A stretch of 64,000 bases of DNA from a virus (IMGVR_UViG_3300030329_005813:32001-96000); one strand, 5' to 3'; counted from the first letter of the stretch, positions 1 to 10,473 are shown. Numbers and translations: made by a program. The notes: a model not told the origin generated them from the sequence alone.

Positions 1-517
1 GAGTAACGCGGTTCATCGTCTCGTTAACGATGGCTTCCTCGTCCAGGACGTCCAAGCCAGGAATCTCGTCGTCTTCAACGGCCTCGGGGCCTTCATCGCC
101 GGGAAGCTCCGCCTCGGGCTCATCCTCGATTGTGGCCTCGCCCTCAACACCGTAGGGAGCGAGGGCCGCGAGCATAGCGTCAGCAGCAGCCTCAACAGCC
201 TGCTCCAGCGCGGAGACGGCCTCGGCAGGGAGTGCATCCTCAGCGGGGGCGTCGTCGGCATCCAAGTCATCCAAGACCGGCTCGTCGGCAGGCTCTTCCA
301 TGGCGTCGTCATGCATCTCCTCTTCCATGCCGTAATCGCCCTCGGCAACGACTTCATCGCCCTCGGCAACCACCTCGTCGCTTTCAGCCACGACTTCTTC
401 CTCTTCCAACGTAGCGGAATAGGTCTCGTTAATAAAATTGTCGGTCAAGCCCTCAATATTGGCATACTTCATAAACTGACGGACAGTTGCTTCACTTAAA
501 AGGTCTTTCTTGCTCAT
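1..517 (-). CDS. Highly acidic probable head/internal protein, runs off the left window edge
   Basis: Not in the ORF track. ATG at 515-517 with a CAGGAGA RBS, translating MSKKDLLSEATVRQFMKYANIEGLTDNFINETY...EEEEVVAESDEVVAEGD.... Open to position 1. Late-type motif at about 551. Confidence 0.75.
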   Translation of the reverse strand, partial: MSKKDLLSEATVRQFMKYANIEGLTDNFINETYSATLEEEEVVAESDEVVAEGDEVVAEGDYGMEEEMHDDAMEEPADEPVLDDLDADDAPAEDALPAEAVSALEQAVEAAADAMLAALAPYGVEGEATIEDEPEAELPGDEGPEAVEDDEIPGLDVLDEEAIVNETMNRVT

Positions 518-550
518 TTAAAAATATCTCCTGAGTTGCGCTCACTACAA

Positions 551-558
551 TAAATAGT
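551..558 (-). promoter_or_regulatory. Putative late promoter ACTATTTA
   Basis: TAAATAGT on the + strand, about 35 nt upstream of the ATG at 517. The same motif precedes many structural genes. Confidence 0.6.
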
Positions 559-580
559 CTTTATAGAATAGAAAAGCACT

Positions 581-922
581 TTAAAAGCTAGAATCTTCTT
601 TTTCTAGAATATCGAAAATACTTTCTATCTCTTCTTGGTCTAGCAGTAACTTATCAAGTGTTTCGCTTCCTTCATTAATTAGTGCCCTAGACTTTTTAAT
701 TTTCTTTTTTTGCTTAGAATTCTTTTGCTTCTCTGCTTTCAATTTGTCAACGAAGTTTAGAATATCTGGATCTTGCATTAGGTATCCTGTTAAGATCCCT
801 CTAAAGAACTTTGCTTGTGATAGACCGTCGTGCGATAATCTTATCTTTAAGTCTGCATATCTTTTATCAGAATCATAAAAGACAATCTTTTTCTTTAGAG
901 TACCGTAAACTGGATCACTCAT
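581..922 (-). CDS. Hypothetical protein, possibly DNA-binding
   Basis: 113-aa basic ORF translationally coupled to guaB. Confidence 0.65.
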   Translation of the reverse strand: MSDPVYGTLKKKIVFYDSDKRYADLKIRLSHDGLSQAKFFRGILTGYLMQDPDILNFVDKLKAEKQKNSKQKKKIKKSRALINEGSETLDKLLLDQEEIESIFDILEKEDSSF

Positions 923-1941
923 AGGCCGTTCCTATGAATATGCGTCGAGCTTTCGACTCGACCTGAGGATGTTTGGCGAATAAACTTTCTTTTCGCTTGT
1001 AGGTCTATGATGCTTTTGGCACCTGTATAAGATAAGCCGCTGCGAATACCAGTTTCTAGATTAGCTAAAACCTGTTTTATTTTGCCTTTATACCTCACTC
1101 GGTGCGAGACTCCTTCCAAAGAAGAGTGTTTACCTCTCCAATCCTGTTGAGCCTCTTTGCTGGCCATGCCTCGATAAGTTTTATAAAATTTGCCGGTATC
1201 ATCGGTTTTTAACTTACCTGGGGTCTCATCTGTTCCGGCCAGCAGTGAACCGAGCATAACAAAGTCTGCACCAGCTGCAAGAGCTTTTACAATATCTCCA
1301 CTATTTCTAATTCCACCATCAGCAATCAAGGTGGCATCCCTCGTCGAACGCGAACAATCTAGAATAGATTGAAAGGTTGGGACGCCATGGCCGGTCTGAA
1401 TCCGGGTAGAGCAAATTGATCCGCCACCAATTCCGACTCTGATTGAATTTGCTCCCCAGTCTGCTAGACTATCGAAGCCCTCAAGAGTGGCCACGTTTCC
1501 AGCCATAATATGTATAGAGTCACCAAATGTTTTTCTCAATGTCTCTAGAGCATATCTCACATTACAGTGGTGTCCGTGAGCCACATCAATACAAAGCATT
1601 CCGGCTTTGCCTTTTTTTACGAGTGCCTGGGCTCTTTCGAGAAAATCACCTGTGGCACCGATGGCGGCGCCGACGATGCATAGATTTTCATCTGCTTTGC
1701 GAACCATTTTAACTTGTTCTTCGATACTATTATAACGATGAATAATACCAAGACCACCTTCACGATACATAGCCATAGCCATCTTTTCTTCTGTCACAGT
1801 GTCCATCGGAGAAGATATAATGGGAATGTCATAATAAACTGAATTTTCCAGATAAGATGAAATACTCACCTCTTTCCTGGAAGTTATTTCAGAATACCTA
1901 GGCTCTAGTAAGACATCATCAAAACTAAGAGCTAGATCCAT
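919..1941 (-). CDS. guaB: IMP dehydrogenase / GMP reductase family protein, no CBS domains
   Basis: [28 protein letters not shown], catalytic loop [23 protein letters not shown]. Likely start MDLALSF at 1941. Confidence 0.9.
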   Translation of the reverse strand: MDLALSFDDVLLEPRYSEITSRKEVSISSYLENSVYYDIPIISSPMDTVTEEKMAMAMYREGGLGIIHRYNSIEEQVKMVRKADENLCIVGAAIGATGDFLERAQALVKKGKAGMLCIDVAHGHHCNVRYALETLRKTFGDSIHIMAGNVATLEGFDSLADWGANSIRVGIGGGSICSTRIQTGHGVPTFQSILDCSRSTRDATLIADGGIRNSGDIVKALAAGADFVMLGSLLAGTDETPGKLKTDDTGKFYKTYRGMASKEAQQDWRGKHSSLEGVSHRVRYKGKIKQVLANLETGIRSGLSYTGAKSIIDLQAKRKFIRQTSSGRVESSTHIHRNGL

Positions 1942-2209
1942 ACTTATCCTCCAAATGCTTTTTAAAGTCTTCTGTGATCTTTTTGGCTTTTTCCCAGCAT
2001 TCTGGGCAATAGAGGCGAACAATCTCTTCTTCACCGTGGATAACAACGCTCCAAGTTAAAGCCATTTGTTTATTGCCTTTGTCAAATGGCTTTTCACAAG
2101 TTAGGCACTCATCTGGAATCTTTCCAAACAGGGCTATCTTACTTTCTAGTTCTCTATTACCTTCAGACTTCGCCTCTTTCATGGCTGCTCTCCGTTGTTC
2201 TCGATTCAT
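1925..2209 (-). CDS. Hypothetical Zn-finger protein
   Basis: CLTC...CPEC pairs, MNREQRR start. Confidence 0.65.
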   Translation of the reverse strand: MNREQRRAAMKEAKSEGNRELESKIALFGKIPDECLTCEKPFDKGNKQMALTWSVVIHGEEEIVRLYCPECWEKAKKITEDFKKHLEDKYGSSS

Positions 2210-2730
2210 CACACCCCCCAAATCGAACGATGGGAAGGTGTAGTAGAACTTTTTGGAGTCGTCGGTGCTTCTTTCTTATCGGTGCTTCCTAGCGCACCAT
2301 CGCCGCGATCACTAAGAGTAATCGGATACCAGTCATAAAGATTGTCATCTGGACTCTCCACAAATCGTGCCGGGACAACCGGGATAAGAACAGCCTGGGC
2401 GATTTTGTCACCCGGGTTAATAGTCCAGGAATGATCTGATAAGTTGTGAAGGTTAACAAATACCTCTCCATCATATCCCGAATCAACAACACAAGCACCG
2501 ACCAACCACTTCTTCTTAGCGGCATTACCAGACCTGTTCATGATTTGAAGCATATATCCATGCGGGATTCCAAACTTCAGTCCTGTTGGAATAATTTTAC
2601 TTTCGCCCTTTTCAATATGTAAAGAGGTGCCATTGTGCGAGTTATAACATAGATCCAAGCCTGCATCAGATGGATTTGCTCGCGTTGGACGATGCTTGCA
2701 GTGTGGCATACAATAATATTCTAAAATCAT
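2209..2730 (-). CDS. dut: Trimeric dUTPase
   Basis: DAGLDL, RSG, VVDSGYDGE, GDKIAQ, RGDGALGST motifs. Confidence 0.95.
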   Translation of the reverse strand: MILEYYCMPHCKHRPTRANPSDAGLDLCYNSHNGTSLHIEKGESKIIPTGLKFGIPHGYMLQIMNRSGNAAKKKWLVGACVVDSGYDGEVFVNLHNLSDHSWTINPGDKIAQAVLIPVVPARFVESPDDNLYDWYPITLSDRGDGALGSTDKKEAPTTPKSSTTPSHRSIWGV

Positions 2731-3737
2731 TTTTTACTTCCCTTCCTAGGCCCTTTCTTGGCCCTACGTTTTAAATCACCAACCATAAGTCTCTTTTGCG
2801 CGCCCTTAGACACAGCCAAAAAAGTACCGGGTTGATTTTTCTGGTGTTCGACAATTTCTTGTGCCAATCCAGCAGCCATACGATAAGATTTCGGAAACCC
2901 GCTTCGACAATCGCGTTCTATATTGCTTCCAAACCGATCTGGCACCTTGTTGCCAGCCGACTCTAGAAAAAATTGTTCAAACTCTACTCCGCACTCCCCT
3001 CTTGGGCGTAGCTGTGGGTACGTTGAAAAAAGAATGCACAGGGATCGAAGTAACGGGCCGGCTATGATTTTACTTGGTGCAAGAGGATTTTTACACTTCA
3101 TAATTAAATTTTTGGCCTCGGTCAACATCTGAGGGTCGTCCGCAGCCTGATATGCGGCCTTAAGGTGTCCAAAACGAATTTGAGTGCCCATAGGATCACC
3201 AACGACTCCTCCATCCTCATGACTACAATAAACATATAAGCCTGCATTTTTGCATGCCGTCGCGTATTTAACAACCGATTCATCGCCGGCATGGTAATTA
3301 TGGACGAATATTTGTTCACTGCTAATAGGTGTTTTGCAAGTGGCGTTCGTTTGAACAAATAACTTATGAATTTCCTCTTTACTCTCTACGTCAATTACTT
3401 GAACAGGCATGGTTTTTGCGTCTGGATAAGCAAACATAAATAAATGTTTTGAGTGATCTCCATCAAAAATATAAATTTCACCTGTGGACGCAACTCGGCC
3501 TGCTCTGGGCGCTTGCCACAAAGCCCCATCGAATCCTCCACGAACTTTCATGTTCTTTTTGAGAGATGCCAGCTTTGTATCTCGATTAATTAAAGAAGGA
3601 GTATTGATTGGCAGATCCTCCATCCTGGCAGAATAGTCTGCGGCTGTCTTGGGGGCGTCAAGTAAAATGTTCTTTTTAAGCCCCCTATATTCTCCTTCGG
3701 GAAGGGGAACACCTCCCATCGTAATGCGATTACTCAT
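2727..3737 (-). CDS. Hypothetical protein with ParB/Srx-like (DGQH-like) N-terminal region
   Basis: IYIFDGDHSK resembles the DGQHR motif; weak similarity only. Confidence 0.4.
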   Translation of the reverse strand: MSNRITMGGVPLPEGEYRGLKKNILLDAPKTAADYSARMEDLPINTPSLINRDTKLASLKKNMKVRGGFDGALWQAPRAGRVASTGEIYIFDGDHSKHLFMFAYPDAKTMPVQVIDVESKEEIHKLFVQTNATCKTPISSEQIFVHNYHAGDESVVKYATACKNAGLYVYCSHEDGGVVGDPMGTQIRFGHLKAAYQAADDPQMLTEAKNLIMKCKNPLAPSKIIAGPLLRSLCILFSTYPQLRPRGECGVEFEQFFLESAGNKVPDRFGSNIERDCRSGFPKSYRMAAGLAQEIVEHQKNQPGTFLAVSKGAQKRLMVGDLKRRAKKGPRKGSKK

Positions 3738-4018
3738 GCTCCACCTCGTGCTGCCTTGACGATAGAATCATAAATGGTCACAAACTGATCCATATCAATA
3801 TCATCCTTCATCATTCGGTACGCTTTCACGGTCATAGAAATCTCGTCACCAGTAAGCCAACCCTGACGCTTGAAATCGGCCTTAAGCTCACGCTTTTGCT
3901 CCTTGTAAGGCTCCATAGCCTCCTCAATCGTCTTGAGACTCCTAATATACTCAATCATCTTTTCTGTCTTTTCATCGCGAACTTCTTCTACGATAGCAAT
4001 TTCGTTCTCTGGGAACAT
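3734..4018 (-). CDS. Small dsDNA-binding protein (T4 DsbA / GapR-like)
   Basis: Helical pattern EYIRSLKTIEEAMEPYKEQKRELKADFK..G; size and context fit. Confidence 0.5.
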   Translation of the reverse strand: MFPENEIAIVEEVRDEKTEKMIEYIRSLKTIEEAMEPYKEQKRELKADFKRQGWLTGDEISMTVKAYRMMKDDIDMDQFVTIYDSIVKAARGGA

Positions 4019-4040
4019 CTAACCTCCAAGTTACTTATAT

Positions 4041-4069
4041 AATATAGCATACCTACTTGTACGTGTCAA
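4041..4069 (-). promoter_or_regulatory. Sigma70-type promoter
   Basis: TTGACA-17 bp-TATATT with a TG extension. Confidence 0.75.
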
Positions 4070-5082
4070 GCATATAAATCAAATGTTTCTGGGTTATCCG
4101 AGAAATACAAGGTTGTATCTGGAAAAGCTTTCCCAATATAATCTTTCATTTCCTGCTCATTCTGGAATAGGATCTCGGACTTTGAGTGATCGTTGAGGCG
4201 CAATTTCCAAATACCAATTTCACGTAAGATGTCAATTTTATTAAATACGACGTGAGTTGCGCCATTTGTTCTGATTGACTTGTTTAGCATGTCATAATTG
4301 AGCCAGTTACACTGACGTGGGCGACCAGTTGTGGCGCCAAACTCATTACCAACTTTTTGAATCTTCCTAAACACCTCTTCATTAGGCTGAAATGGCTTTG
4401 ACCCGACATAAGTTTCGTAAATCTTGGCCACACCCCACACATCTCGTACTGACTGCGGAGGAAGGCCGTTTAATAAGGCTCCTGCGGACGTACAGTGGCT
4501 TGAAGTGACATATGGGTAATCGCCGTGGTCAACGTCCAGTTGATAGCCCTGAGCGCCTTCAAATAGCGCTACAACAGGCTTCTCATTATAGTGCATCTCA
4601 TGAAAGAAGTCAATAAGATAAGGCTTTAGGACTTCAACGTCTTGGGCGCGTTGACCCTTTCTGGCGTACTTGTCCCTATATGCTGGGCCATTACCAGTTT
4701 TTGTGGTGCCGATCTTCTTATCCCTGCTGTCTTCGGTAAGATGCTGTTCTTGAATAATATGTACATTATTAGATATATAAATCAAACCGTTCGTATCAAC
4801 GCCATTTTCATTCAACAGTTGAATCTCTTTGAAGAAATTGTTGATGTTTAAAACGCAACCGGGTCCAATAATAGACTTTACTCCAAAGAAAACACCAGCC
4901 GGGACAGCGTGTGTAACAAACTTTTTCCCTTTGTGATAGATGGTATGGCCAGCATTTCCGCCACCATTGTAACGAACACAGTGTGTATATTCTCGCTCTC
5001 TCAAAAGATTATGGGTTATCTTCCCTTTACCTTCGTCACCGGCCTGAAGACCGACTACAATATCTACCGTCAAACTGCTCAC
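4066..5082 (-). CDS. purA: Adenylosuccinate synthetase (short form)
   Basis: GDEGKGK, GGGNAGHT, IGTTKTGNGPAY, FEGAQG, DHGDYPYVTSS, TTGRPR, NKID. Confidence 0.95.
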   Translation of the reverse strand: MSSLTVDIVVGLQAGDEGKGKITHNLLREREYTHCVRYNGGGNAGHTIYHKGKKFVTHAVPAGVFFGVKSIIGPGCVLNINNFFKEIQLLNENGVDTNGLIYISNNVHIIQEQHLTEDSRDKKIGTTKTGNGPAYRDKYARKGQRAQDVEVLKPYLIDFFHEMHYNEKPVVALFEGAQGYQLDVDHGDYPYVTSSHCTSAGALLNGLPPQSVRDVWGVAKIYETYVGSKPFQPNEEVFRKIQKVGNEFGATTGRPRQCNWLNYDMLNKSIRTNGATHVVFNKIDILREIGIWKLRLNDHSKSEILFQNEQEMKDYIGKAFPDTTLYFSDNPETFDLYA

Positions 5083-5105
5083 TAATCACCTCATTTTGTA
5101 TATTT

Positions 5106-5134
5106 ATTATAGCACACTAAAACGTATTACGCAA
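5106..5134 (-). promoter_or_regulatory. Sigma70-type promoter for purA
   Basis: TTGCGT-17 bp-TATAAT with a TG extension. Confidence 0.65.
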
Positions 5135-8100
5135 GTGCTTTCCAAGTTTTATATGCTCGGCCTCGGGTAGAAAATCCCCATTCTAGACTATATTGCGGAC
5201 GAATCATATAGGGCTTATTTATCTGAATGTTATCGCCACCCCTGATATCAACGCCCCAGCACCGCACCCTAATATTAGAAGAGTTGCTGTCTGTTGCTTC
5301 AACAATCAAATAGTCTTTACCGTTCTTTGTCTTTTTAGGTACAATCTTACGAGGAATCAACCAGACAACTTGTAAATCTGGATCGTACTCGGAGATTGGC
5401 GGAATAGCCATAGCACTTAGCTTCGTCATAATCTCAGAATTAATAACTTTATCAATCGGAAACTGCCCGGTTAGGTCGACAAGAGATTGAATCTTCTCTT
5501 CCTCGGTAAAGTCACCTTCGGGAGCATAAAGTTCTATATTGGCCTCAAGGTTCTTAAGCTTTCGAGGACGATCAACAGCAACAGCAGACCAAAAGTGCTT
5601 CAAGCCTGTGAAGCGATTGTCCATAAGCGGTGTCAAGGTGCCTGAGCGAACAAGAACATCAAGCGACTTCTTGTTAAGCTTGGAATAACGTATCTCCTCG
5701 TTAAACAAGAAGCTTTCAACCGAGTCAAAGGGGCGACCGATAAAAATCTGGTCAATAGCGGCGTCCCCAAGGCCCTTGATTGATGTTAGGGGCTGGATAA
5801 GGCGCTTACCGTCTTTGCTAATTTCCCAGACTCTACCGGAAGTATTAATATTTAAGGGCTCAATCTCAAAACCAAACTGCTTGGCGATTGCAATAGCTTT
5901 TTCTTTACGGGTCTCTGGCTCCTTATCGAGAAACGCTGCCATCCAACACTCAGGATAGTAGTTTAGAAGCCAAGCACACTGGAATGAAATCATCGAGTAA
6001 GACACGGCATGTGATTTATTGAAGCCATAGCCAGAGAAGTATTCGAAGGTGTCCCAGAGGCGCTGGGCCTCTTTCTGTGTCATGCCGTGCAGTTCCAAAC
6101 AGCCCTGCATAAACTTCTCATACAAAGCCATCTTAACCTTGGCCGCTTTTCCAGTGCCCTTCTTGGTAAGCACCTTTCGAAGCATATTAGCCTCGTCCAG
6201 AGACAGATCCTTGCCCAACTTATGAGCCAGCATAGCAATCTGCTCTTGGAAAATAAGGAAACCATTCGTCTCCTCGGTCACTTCGCGATGAGTATCGTTG
6301 ATATATCTGACCATACCGGGGCTCTTTCGCGTCTTAACGAAGTCCTTGTCAACGTTCGCCGACAAGGGGCCAGGACGAAAGATAGAAGTGATAGCAGAGA
6401 TATCAATAATGTTTGTTGGCACCACCTGTTTGCAGAGATTCTGTGCTCCGCTTTCTGTGAACTGGAACGTGCCGGCCCACTTACCTGATTGAAATATGTT
6501 TTTGTAGATCTCTTGATCATTAAAGTCGATAACATCAGGATGAAGCATTTGATTGTAATAGTCCTTGACATCGGCGAAAGTTGGCTCTTTAATACCCTTC
6601 TCACGCTTAAGGATGTGCCGGATGGCACCATCAATCATACGCAGGGTAGAGAGGCCCAAGACATCATATTTAATAAAGCCCATAGGCTCCAAGTGCCGAA
6701 CGTTCTGCCCCTCGGACCACGGCGTTTGACGCACGTCCTTCGAGGAGATAAGCGGCATATGATGGTCAAGATTCTCGGCAATCACAACGCCACCAGCGTG
6801 ACGAGAACAGGAACGGACCTGCCCGTATAGAGCATCAACGTGTGTTGCGACATTCGGATACTTAGCCAGGAAAGAGCGAAGAGTCGTTGAGAACTCCTTT
6901 ACTTCCTCGAATGTTGGAGTATACACACCAGCCTTGATACCGTGCTTTTTCTTTGCGGCGGTTGTTGCCTCAAACATCATCTTTCCGGTTACGGCGTTGA
7001 CCTCGTGGAAAGGAATATCATAAAGTTTAGAGATATCCTTGATAAGTGACTTCAACTGGAGTGTATTCCAGTTAGAGATTGGAGCAACAGTGTTGCTGCC
7101 CCACTTCTCCACCAGAAGTTCTTTCAGCTTCATTGGCTCGGCTACATCATAGTCAATATCTGGGTAGTCGGTGGCATCGGAACGAAGGAACCGTGCGAAC
7201 TGAAGTCCATATTTAAGAGGGTCTACCTGGGTAATATCCAAAGCATATGCCACCAGGGAGCCTGCCGCAGAACCACGGCCTGGACCAGTAAGCATCACCT
7301 CGTTGGCGACCTTCGTGATCTCATTCATTGTCAAGAAATACTTGGAGAAACCTCGATCAGAGATAACTGATAGTTCGTGTTCCAAGCGCGAAGTATATTC
7401 TTCGTTTTCGTGCAGATTCTTGGCCCGCAATCCCTCAAAACAAAACTTGCGGAGAGCAGAGTCTGCCGTTTCACCCACAGGAATAACAAAGTCGGGCAGT
7501 CGAACTGTATTATCGGGCATAAACCTTTCGATTCGTTCGTGAGCAATACGATGCGTAGTGGTTATAGAATCAAGAACTAGCTTATCATCATACTCTGTTT
7601 CGCACTGGGCGGAATACTTTTTGTACGACTCCCACATCTGTTCGCCATTCTTAGGATACAACTCGTATCCGATCTCATCGACATCAACGGGAAGTTCCCC
7701 GTTATCAGCCCACGAGGGTCGGCCACGACCAAGCCACCCTAGACGCTTGTAAAGCTCTCTATCCTTCCAGGCGTCGGGGTTCGGATAATGACTGTCAGCC
7801 GTCGAGATCATCTCAACACCAAACTCCTCGCACACTTGGATGATATACTTATTAAGCTCGTGTTGCTCTGGAATGTTGTTCCATTGTAACTCGCCATACC
7901 ATCGATCACCAAAGACTTCCTGCATCCGGCGTGTAACATCACGCATAGCCTCTAGAACGGCTTCAGGGCCTTCCTCACGGTTTTCCCAGTAACACCCAGC
8001 GTAGACCCCACCTAAGCAAGCCGAGGCCGCTATGACCCCTTCAGAGTGCTTAGCGAGCAGGTCATAGTCAAGACGCGGGAAGCGATAAAAATTCTCGGGT

Positions 8101-8579
8101 TCATAGCTCAACGAGATCAACTTAAACAGGTTGTTCAAGCCAGTCTGGTTCTGGGCTAGGAGGACAAGGTGCCTTCGGCGATTTAGGATATTTCTTGCGG
8201 CTTTTTTAGACTCGCCCTCATCCTCGACCGTTGTGCCCTTGGTTTCTGCTTTTTTGGCAGCCCGTGCAGCTTTCTTGTCCTGCATCACGCGATCATAATC
8301 TTCACGCCACTCCGCGATGGAGGGTACAAAGTAAGCTTCCACCCCAAAAATAGGCTTGAAGTCCTTGCCTTCAGCCTGCATCTTCTTGGCGTGCAAAACT
8401 TGCCAAGCTAGACCATTCATATTTCCATGATCCGTAAGAGCTAGCGCAGTCGCACCATTTTCATAGGCAAAATCCATATGCTCTTGTGGATAGCCTAGGC
8501 CATCAAAGATAGAGCCTGCAACGCTGTGTGCGTGCAGACCCACGAATGGAATATCTTTTTTATTCATTGTATCCCCCAA
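5127..8579 (-). CDS. dnaE: DNA polymerase III alpha subunit (family C)
   Basis: PHP domain LHAHS/TDHG, GRGSAAGSLVAY, PDIDYD, RHAGGV, KYDVLGL, YGFNKSHA. No intein seen. Confidence 0.97.
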   Translation of the reverse strand: MGDTMNKKDIPFVGLHAHSVAGSIFDGLGYPQEHMDFAYENGATALALTDHGNMNGLAWQVLHAKKMQAEGKDFKPIFGVEAYFVPSIAEWREDYDRVMQDKKAARAAKKAETKGTTVEDEGESKKAARNILNRRRHLVLLAQNQTGLNNLFKLISLSYEPENFYRFPRLDYDLLAKHSEGVIAASACLGGVYAGCYWENREEGPEAVLEAMRDVTRRMQEVFGDRWYGELQWNNIPEQHELNKYIIQVCEEFGVEMISTADSHYPNPDAWKDRELYKRLGWLGRGRPSWADNGELPVDVDEIGYELYPKNGEQMWESYKKYSAQCETEYDDKLVLDSITTTHRIAHERIERFMPDNTVRLPDFVIPVGETADSALRKFCFEGLRAKNLHENEEYTSRLEHELSVISDRGFSKYFLTMNEITKVANEVMLTGPGRGSAAGSLVAYALDITQVDPLKYGLQFARFLRSDATDYPDIDYDVAEPMKLKELLVEKWGSNTVAPISNWNTLQLKSLIKDISKLYDIPFHEVNAVTGKMMFEATTAAKKKHGIKAGVYTPTFEEVKEFSTTLRSFLAKYPNVATHVDALYGQVRSCSRHAGGVVIAENLDHHMPLISSKDVRQTPWSEGQNVRHLEPMGFIKYDVLGLSTLRMIDGAIRHILKREKGIKEPTFADVKDYYNQMLHPDVIDFNDQEIYKNIFQSGKWAGTFQFTESGAQNLCKQVVPTNIIDISAITSIFRPGPLSANVDKDFVKTRKSPGMVRYINDTHREVTEETNGFLIFQEQIAMLAHKLGKDLSLDEANMLRKVLTKKGTGKAAKVKMALYEKFMQGCLELHGMTQKEAQRLWDTFEYFSGYGFNKSHAVSYSMISFQCAWLLNYYPECWMAAFLDKEPETRKEKAIAIAKQFGFEIEPLNINTSGRVWEISKDGKRLIQPLTSIKGLGDAAIDQIFIGRPFDSVESFLFNEEIRYSKLNKKSLDVLVRSGTLTPLMDNRFTGLKHFWSAVAVDRPRKLKNLEANIELYAPEGDFTEEEKIQSLVDLTGQFPIDKVINSEIMTKLSAMAIPPISEYDPDLQVVWLIPRKIVPKKTKNGKDYLIVEATDSNSSNIRVRCWGVDIRGGDNIQINKPYMIRPQYSLEWGFSTRGRAYKTWKALA

Positions 8580-8584
8580 TTTAT

Positions 8585-8613
8585 ATATTACACGCTTTTG
8601 ATTGCGTTGTCAA
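8585..8613 (-). promoter_or_regulatory. Sigma70-type promoter for dnaE
   Basis: TTGACA-17 bp-TAATAT. Confidence 0.55.
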
Positions 8614-8773
8614 CAATTTTCATAACATTATCGACTGTCTCACGATGTTCACCGGGAAAAGTAAGGTTCATGATGTCCACTCGAATACGTCCGAGCGCTC
8701 GCTCAAGATTTGTTTCGCGCAACTTAGTTTCTTCAAGCTTTTTAAATAGCTCCATTTTAGTTATTGTCGGCAT
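8588..8773 (-). CDS. Hypothetical protein
   Basis: 61-aa ORF with RBS; TTGACA/TATAAT promoter at 8929-8956 inside the upstream gene. Confidence 0.6.
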   Translation of the reverse strand: MPTITKMELFKKLEETKLRETNLERALGRIRVDIMNLTFPGEHRETVDNVMKIVDNAIKSV

Positions 8774-9614
8774 TATTTACTCCTATTGGGTTAAGTTCTC
8801 TATAAGATATGACTAATTTTCCAGGGTGCCTCATCTCGCTCTTTTCCTCAGATCCGAGATATTTGCAATATGAGTCCCAGCTATCAATTTGATAGAACCA
8901 GGGTGTCTCTAACTTTCCCTGCTCTCTTATTATAACACAATCAAATGTTTTGTCAAGAGAAAATTTATTCTTGAAGTATGCTTTTTCATCTTCAAGCTCT
9001 TGGCCTAATAATAGGCTGTTTTCTATTTTGTAAAATTCTTTTTGTATCGTCTTAAGCTGCTTTAAATTAAAGGTAAAACCTAAATAATTTCCTGTTCCAA
9101 CTGATGCGTCTTGATAGGTTAGAAAAAAATTATCTTGCTTATTGATCTCCAGACGATGGGGCCGCAATATGTCCGGAGGGTATACCGCGTATGGGAAGGC
9201 CACATAAAAGACCGATGGGGCCAACCATTTGCTTATGGAGCTGCCAATCTTGTTGGCAACAGAAGCGCCCCTCACGATTGACCAAGATATACAATGTTCT
9301 TTATTGTCGTGCTCGTCGCGACACGGAACATAAAAAATAGGAATCAAAGAACGCTTGTTTGAAGGAAATCTACACTTCCTACCTAACCAAACTGGGTCTT
9401 GTATGTAGTCCCCTAGCCTGTGTCTTACTAATGGTGTAACGTTGTCGTTGGCTACGATCCATATTGTCTTACAGCCGGCATATGCACACTCTAGCACGGC
9501 CCTTTCGATAGCATAATAATTTGGCGCGATGGGCATTAAACAATCGTGCCAATCTAAGTTATAGTCCATAGGCTCTGTAACAATGGGAACTACTCCCACT
9601 AAATGACGATTCAT
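8757..9614 (-). CDS. Divergent nucleotidyltransferase (GT-A/NTP_transferase)-like protein
   Basis: GVVP...CLMPI...IERAVLECAYAGCKTIWIV matches the N-terminal pattern of sugar-phosphate nucleotidyltransferases but lacks GxGTR. Confidence 0.5.
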   Translation of the reverse strand: MNRHLVGVVPIVTEPMDYNLDWHDCLMPIAPNYYAIERAVLECAYAGCKTIWIVANDNVTPLVRHRLGDYIQDPVWLGRKCRFPSNKRSLIPIFYVPCRDEHDNKEHCISWSIVRGASVANKIGSSISKWLAPSVFYVAFPYAVYPPDILRPHRLEINKQDNFFLTYQDASVGTGNYLGFTFNLKQLKTIQKEFYKIENSLLLGQELEDEKAYFKNKFSLDKTFDCVIIREQGKLETPWFYQIDSWDSYCKYLGSEEKSEMRHPGKLVISYRELNPIGVNNADNN

Positions 9615-10465
9615 AGCGCCTCACATAGTTTGCGAAAAAATCCTGTAGGCTTGGTGCCATTCTCTACGATCTGCTCTATAGAGTCATAACAAAACTCAAA
9701 ACGATCATCTGGCTTATAATAGCGTATACTGTTCGAAAATACCTGTCTTTCGGCAGGTTCTACTTTTATTGCGTAGTATTTGTAGCGGTCTGGTCGAAGC
9801 TGATCTCTACCATTTCGAGCCCCACGAATACCGGCTGCTTTCATCATTTTAATAATTTTAAACTTTGCCATCGTATCGGAAAAATCAAAATCTTTCAGTT
9901 CTTCATCGGTCAAGTATGAGATAGCAACTAAATCTTTTAATTTACCACTATCAAGTCGTCCTGAGGTATAAAAAAATATCTCTTTTATAAACTGCTCATC
10001 ACTTTCCAGATAATCAACACCATGCCGGCATCCACTACGAACATTAACCCAATCAATAACTGTATTCTTTCTTTTCTCTTCTTTTGTAACTCTTGGTAGG
10101 CCCGTAATCTTCTCATCGTCAAAAATAACCAATTTGTTAAAATTATACTTAATAACTCTAGAGCCAGAAGAAACAGTTAAACTTTTGTCTTTGACTCTTA
10201 AGGTATTGTCCATCTCATTTACCAACACAAGACCAGAAAGACCCAGAAGAAAAATTAGTTTTTCCCAGATCTCCCTGCTTGTCGTTGTTTCATTTACATC
10301 AATATTCAGTTTCGTTAGATCATCACAAGGAAAAAGATCAAAACGAAAAGGAGGTAAAGGCCCACTGTAAACCACTGGTAGGCTTCGAAGACTTGCGTAC
10401 AGTAGCGCTCTAATACACCCTCCAACCACAATCCTATCTTTTTCAAATTCTAGGTTCCTTTTCAT
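9611..10465 (-). CDS. Hypothetical protein with degenerate Rossmann-like start
   Basis: DRIVVGGCIRALLYA, coupled to the downstream gene. Confidence 0.5.
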   Translation of the reverse strand: MKRNLEFEKDRIVVGGCIRALLYASLRSLPVVYSGPLPPFRFDLFPCDDLTKLNIDVNETTTSREIWEKLIFLLGLSGLVLVNEMDNTLRVKDKSLTVSSGSRVIKYNFNKLVIFDDEKITGLPRVTKEEKRKNTVIDWVNVRSGCRHGVDYLESDEQFIKEIFFYTSGRLDSGKLKDLVAISYLTDEELKDFDFSDTMAKFKIIKMMKAAGIRGARNGRDQLRPDRYKYYAIKVEPAERQVFSNSIRYYKPDDRFEFCYDSIEQIVENGTKPTGFFRKLCEAL

Positions 10466-10473
10466 CTAGCTTA

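Noticed and set aside
13-499. ORF-track calls 13..369(-), 232..414(+) and 311..499(+)
   Set aside because: They are shadow frames of the acidic gene starting at 517, which has a proper RBS and late motif.
4066-5082. PurZ (2-aminoadenine genome) pathway
   Set aside because: The protein keeps the canonical PurA Asp (GDEGKG) and TTGRPR loop, and no DatZ/MazZ-like neighbours are seen.
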